A stretch of 64,000 nucleotides of DNA, from contig JAUCBJ010007166.1 of the NCBI GenBank assembly GCA_032718475.1, positions 62,001-126,000 on the forward strand, written 5' to 3'. This DNA comes from Nemertoderma westbladi (Eukaryota > Animalia > Xenacoelomorpha). The notes beneath the pieces are model-generated. The model saw only the letters and a program-made list of their open reading frames with translations. It searched no databases and was not told the origin of the DNA. How positions within the stretch are numbered: the stretch's first letter is position 1; each line of letters begins with the position of its first letter. Position numbers and translations under genes: made by a program. Of this stretch, positions 59,611-64,000 are shown in pieces.

Positions 59611-60509
59611 ACGTGTTGAGTAATTTTGAAATTTGACTGGTTATATTGCCCGGGTTTATGTAGTAAGATAAGCTGAGTAACGCATTTCATGGCAGCGGAA
59701 CCTCATGAAAAGGTTATTGTTGAAGTGTTTTTCGGCTAAACGATTCTGAAATTTTGAATAAAATAACCACCTATAAAATTCAATGTGGATTTATACTGTA
59801 TCATAAATACAATAATACATAACATAATTAATCAATTATATTTCACAACGAAGAACAAACATTCACCACAGCACATAATATTTATCACATTGCGTTGCCA
59901 AAAAAATTAAACGAAGGGAATTTTACGAGGAAGAAAAAAACTGGGAAATATAACAAATTGCGACCAACATAATAACAAAAATAATTCCACTTGATTAAAG
60001 TCGAGGTAAATAAATAAATAATAATATATATAATATAAATAATTATATAACAGGTAAATTCCGAGGATAACAATGGAATTTATGGATTATATAGCTGGTT
60101 CGGAGGCGGCGTGTTAATTAACACAAAGTTAACTTGTAGTTGTCAGCTGAAACATTATCGACTGTTTGCACAGTCGTTAATGTCTAGCACAATCTGAACA
60201 ATAGAAAGTTATATATAGTTTGAATTTTAAAGGGTTTGGTAGAGGCGTAAATTCTTATAGCTGGTTTGGGATCCGCTGTAGTAAATTATAATACGTTCGT
60301 GGGGCGTCGCGCAGCACGCGAACTTGAGCAAGTTCGAAACAAGTTCGATTTGATCTGGAGTCAAGTTCGAGAGGTATTTGCCCGTAACTTTCAAAAATAT
60401 TGGAACTTTTTCTCTAGTATGCCCATACAAAATTTGGTTGAAAATTGGTTAAAATCTTCAAAAGTTATTTACGAATGAATTTTTAATTACAGACAGACAG
60501 ACAGACAGA

Positions 60510-61221
60510 GTAAAAAAGTGTCTTTTGCGAAATTGCACATATCCTTCCATTCCATTCTTCACATTAGTGAAGAATCTTTCACATCAATAGAAAGCTTGCG
60601 TAGCAAGGATTTCAAATATGTAACAATATCTGAATTTCGTTGAGAAACAGCTGAGATATAGGCATTCAAAGATTGCAAGAATTATTGTTCGCTGCATGCC
60701 ATTTATTCTATTTAATAAATACACGATGTTCTGGAACATTTCGTGAGAAATTGTATAGGCATACCGATGTTGCCAACCAACTCATAAAATAAACAACATA
60801 TTCTAGAATTTTGTGTACTTATTAATTCGAATAATGGCCTCCAGCGAAGTATATTTCTTGCAATCTTTGAACGCCTATTTCTCAGCTGTTTCTCAACGAA
60901 ATTCAAACATTCTTACATAATTGGAATCCTTGCAACACAAGCTTATTAATGATATGAAAAAATTAGCACTAATGTGATTAATGTGAAGAATGGCCACGAT
61001 AGGAGATGTGGAATTTCGCAAAAGACACATTTTTAAAACGCATATAAAAAAAATTTATGGCCAAAATCGAAAATTTCGGCCTCATGGGGTCATCGACGGT
61101 GAGTGGAACTAGTTGTGTTTCAAATTTCAAACAATATGATAAAGATTTGTAGAAAAATCTGGGGGGGGGGGGGGGGGTCCGTGTCATCTGAAAATGACAC
61201 TATATTACGGTTCATGATGTA
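60510..61221. mobile_element. Fold-back MITE of a related subfamily, left end lost
   Basis: Long internal palindrome (GAATTTCGTTGAGAAACAGCTGAGA / TCTCAGCTGTTTCTCAACGAAATTC). The right terminus is poly-G...CACTATATT..CATGATG|TA. Confidence 0.75.
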
Positions 61222-61357
61222 TAAAGGTTACCACTAACTCAAACTATATATGTATAGTATAGGGGTTGAGCAGAACAACTGATTAACTTGAGCCCAAGAA
61301 AACAGAAACAGTGTATAATGTAATTGAGAAAAAAGTTGCCCCCAAACCAAAATTAAA

Positions 61358-62534
61358 TTACTGGGAATTAGACCACTCTTCTAATATATAGGGTCCCTGA
61401 AGCCCGCCTTCACGGCGGTCTCCAAACCCAGTGGGTAGCGCGCTGTTAATAGGCGACAACGGGCTACCGACAACCGCCTGACACGGTCGCATCTGGGGCA
61501 CAATGTCAACGGCCTGCGAGGCGCCGTTACTAAAATTATAATCGGTCGCGCCGTAGGAACTATAGGCAGCGGCGTGCGCCGTGGGGGACGAGGGGGTCGA
61601 GAGAGGGGGCTGCCTGGCCCCCCAGACCGGGGGATCGGCCTTGTCCCTCAGCCCTAAAGTCGAGGGGTAAATGGGACCGCATAAAAACATCGCAAAGATT
61701 AGCCAACCAGCCGCCCTTGTTATAGGGATTCGAGGCGCCTTTTCCAGTCCACGCACCTTTGATATCCTCATTTGTTGTCTGATTAGTGACTACGAGGAAT
61801 GTATGGAAGCCACCCAGACCAACGATACTCCAAACCGAGAAAAAACAAATAATTCCTAGGACTATACTCACAGGGGATTGCTGTATAGCATCCATGAAGC
61901 CGTCACTACGAGATAGAATGATTATGTTAGTTAAAACGCAGGCGAATATATAGACAGCGAGTACGGAGAGACATATTATGAACCAGTAGAAGTATCGGTA
62001 GTTTCTCTTACCTACGCAGTTACCGATCCACGGGCAGTGGTGGTCGAAGTTGTCGACGCAGTTGTCACAAAGCGAGCAATGAGAAGCCCGTGGTGGTCGG
62101 AATATCTTGCATGTGAAGCAGTACTTTAGCTTTACTGTCTGTCCGTTAACAGCAATTTCTTTTGTTCGAGGGGGAAGTTTATTATTAGAGTTGTTCGCGA
62201 ATTCCAAGCGATTCTCGAGGTCTGTTCGACGTTCCGTGTCGGTTTCCTCTTCCGGGGTTGCGCGTCGGATTACTCCGGGGTCGCTGAACGCGGCCCGGAG
62301 GAGGTTCGATATAGTGAGGACGAAGAATACCACGCAGGGTATCGGGATCGCGGGGGACACGGTGGTCGCTAGGTAACGGCCGTCGAAGCCGAGGAATAGA
62401 CCGGTTACTATGACGATGAGACCCAGGGTGAAGTAGAGCACGGACACCTGTTTGGCCATCATGATTCGGCCTCCGCAATGGAAACGGTTCCGGCCCGGGA
62501 ATACTTCCCAGTTTCGTTGCGTTTCGACATTCAT
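61358..62534 (-). CDS. ZDHHC14: Intronless DHHC palmitoyltransferase (ZDHHC9/14/18 group) with an apparent +1 frameshift at 61683-61687
   Basis: [73 protein letters not shown] and [10 protein letters not shown]. Removing one base restores [10 protein letters not shown] and runs the frame to the stop at 61358. Confidence 0.9.
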
Positions 62535-62938
62535 TGTCCTGTGTCTGTCAGTCTGACGCCTGATTATGGATTATGGAAGTATGCTGGTGCAGTGGTATGG
62601 CACGTTCTGGCGTTGCGAACAGCTGAACAGTTTATACACTCTACAGCACAGCAGCACAGCTCAACCATCCGAGTGCAGGAAAGCAGGACTGACTCGTCCT
62701 AGTCCTGAAGAATAGACAGTTCTTCTGTCAGACTGCTACAGTGCTACCCTACATCAGTACATACCGGTATGACTGCTGTGCTGGCAGCAGCACAGCATCA
62801 ATACTGCACAAGCTGATGGAAGTAGCTCTATTCACAGACAGCCAGATTCAGGTCTAAGCCTATGCAGCTATGGCTATGCCTAACTGTATTATCTGATTAT
62901 GTATTAGGCCTACATTAGGTCTAGGTGTCACTGGACTA

Positions 62939-63787
62939 CACCCATGTCCTGGAATATAGTGGCGTTATTCAGGTACCTGCCCCCCCCCCCCCCCCACCCC
63001 CCAACCCCCAAATTTTTCTACACAATCTTAATGAGATTGCATGAAATTTAAAATAGAGACAGTTTCACCTCCCTCCTCCTCCGTGGGTGAGCCAGAATTT
63101 TTATTTTTGATTTCAATCTTTAGCAGAAGTGTTTGAAAAAGGTGTCTCTGGCGATATTTCACAGGTCACTCACAGTTCAATCATTCTACAACCTTAGAAA
63201 GCTGCCCATGCAAGGATTCCAAATCTGTAAACACATTTCAATTTGGTTGGGAAATAGCTGAGATATGGGCATTCGAATGTTGAATGTATTCTTCCCCCTG
63301 CAGGCTATTTATTCTGTATAATAAATGTACCATATTCTAGAACATTTTGTTTATTACATACGTAGCTGGGCAACAATGCAATACCTCTTTAATTATACTA
63401 TTACGTAGCTATTCATAAATAAACAAAATGTTCTAGAATATGGTATTTTTATTTAATAGAATAAAATAGCCTCATGCAGATGGAAAACTATGAAACTTTT
63501 GACGCTCATATCTTAGCTATTTTTCAACGAAATTCAGATTATGTTACATATTTGGAATCCCTACATGGCCAGCTTTCCATCAATACCAAGAAATCACCTT
63601 TTTAAATGCTTGTAGCTAAAGATTGAAAGCAAAAATAAAAATTCTGGCTCACCCACGGAGGAGAAGGGAGGTGGAACTATCTGTATTTCAAATTTATCAT
63701 GCAATCTCATTAAGTAATTAATTTGTAGAAAAGTTTGGGGGGGGGGGCAGGTACCTGAATAACGACACTATATTCCAGGGCATGGTG
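62939..63787. mobile_element. Complete fold-back MITE with TA target duplication (Tc1/mariner-like ends)
   Basis: TA|CACCCATGTCCTGGAATATAGT ... ACTATATTCCAGGGCATGGTG|TA; the arms pair almost to the centre (near 63375). Confidence 0.9.
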
Positions 63788-64000
63788 TAATAGGGTAGAC
63801 TGGGGTTGTATGGCCATTTTTTAACTTTTTTGAATCCCACCGGAGCACAGGTACATGAAACCATCATTGCCACCCCTAGGAAGAAACTAAACTACTGTAC
63901 ACATCTCAGCAATTTATTAAACTTTTGAAACCCATGGTAGTTTTCGAATTCAGGTCCCCAGGGGTGGTTTTTTAAAACGCTTATAAAAAAATTTAAAGGC

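Overview
AT-rich, repeat-dense animal (probably invertebrate) genomic DNA. The window is dominated by two young, related but diverged BEL/Pao-type LTR retrotransposons in convergent orientation (4072-16676 +, 18395-31151 -). Both encode Gag and protease, lack RT and integrase, and carry an extra 3' ORF. Neither has a tRNA primer-binding site. In each, the 11 nt just after the 5' LTR are the exact reverse complement of an 11-mer at the homologous position inside the LTR, with five compensatory changes between the two elements. This is the signature of Tf1-like self-primed reverse transcription, which I do not know to be described for BEL/Pao elements; it is the main candidate novel system. Also present: a Gypsy integrase remnant, a decayed BEL integrase, several RTE-clade LINE fragments (one with a covarying structured 5' UTR), and an intact CR1/L2-group LINE with a 2A-like motif inserted in a ~7.5 kb (TGTTCCC/TGTCCCC)n satellite. 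The rest comprises fold-back MITEs, a SINE and two intronless host-type genes (DUF3105/TP53I13-like and a ZDHHC14-like palmitoyltransferase with a 1-nt homopolymer frameshift). All comparisons were made by eye; nothing was computed or searched.
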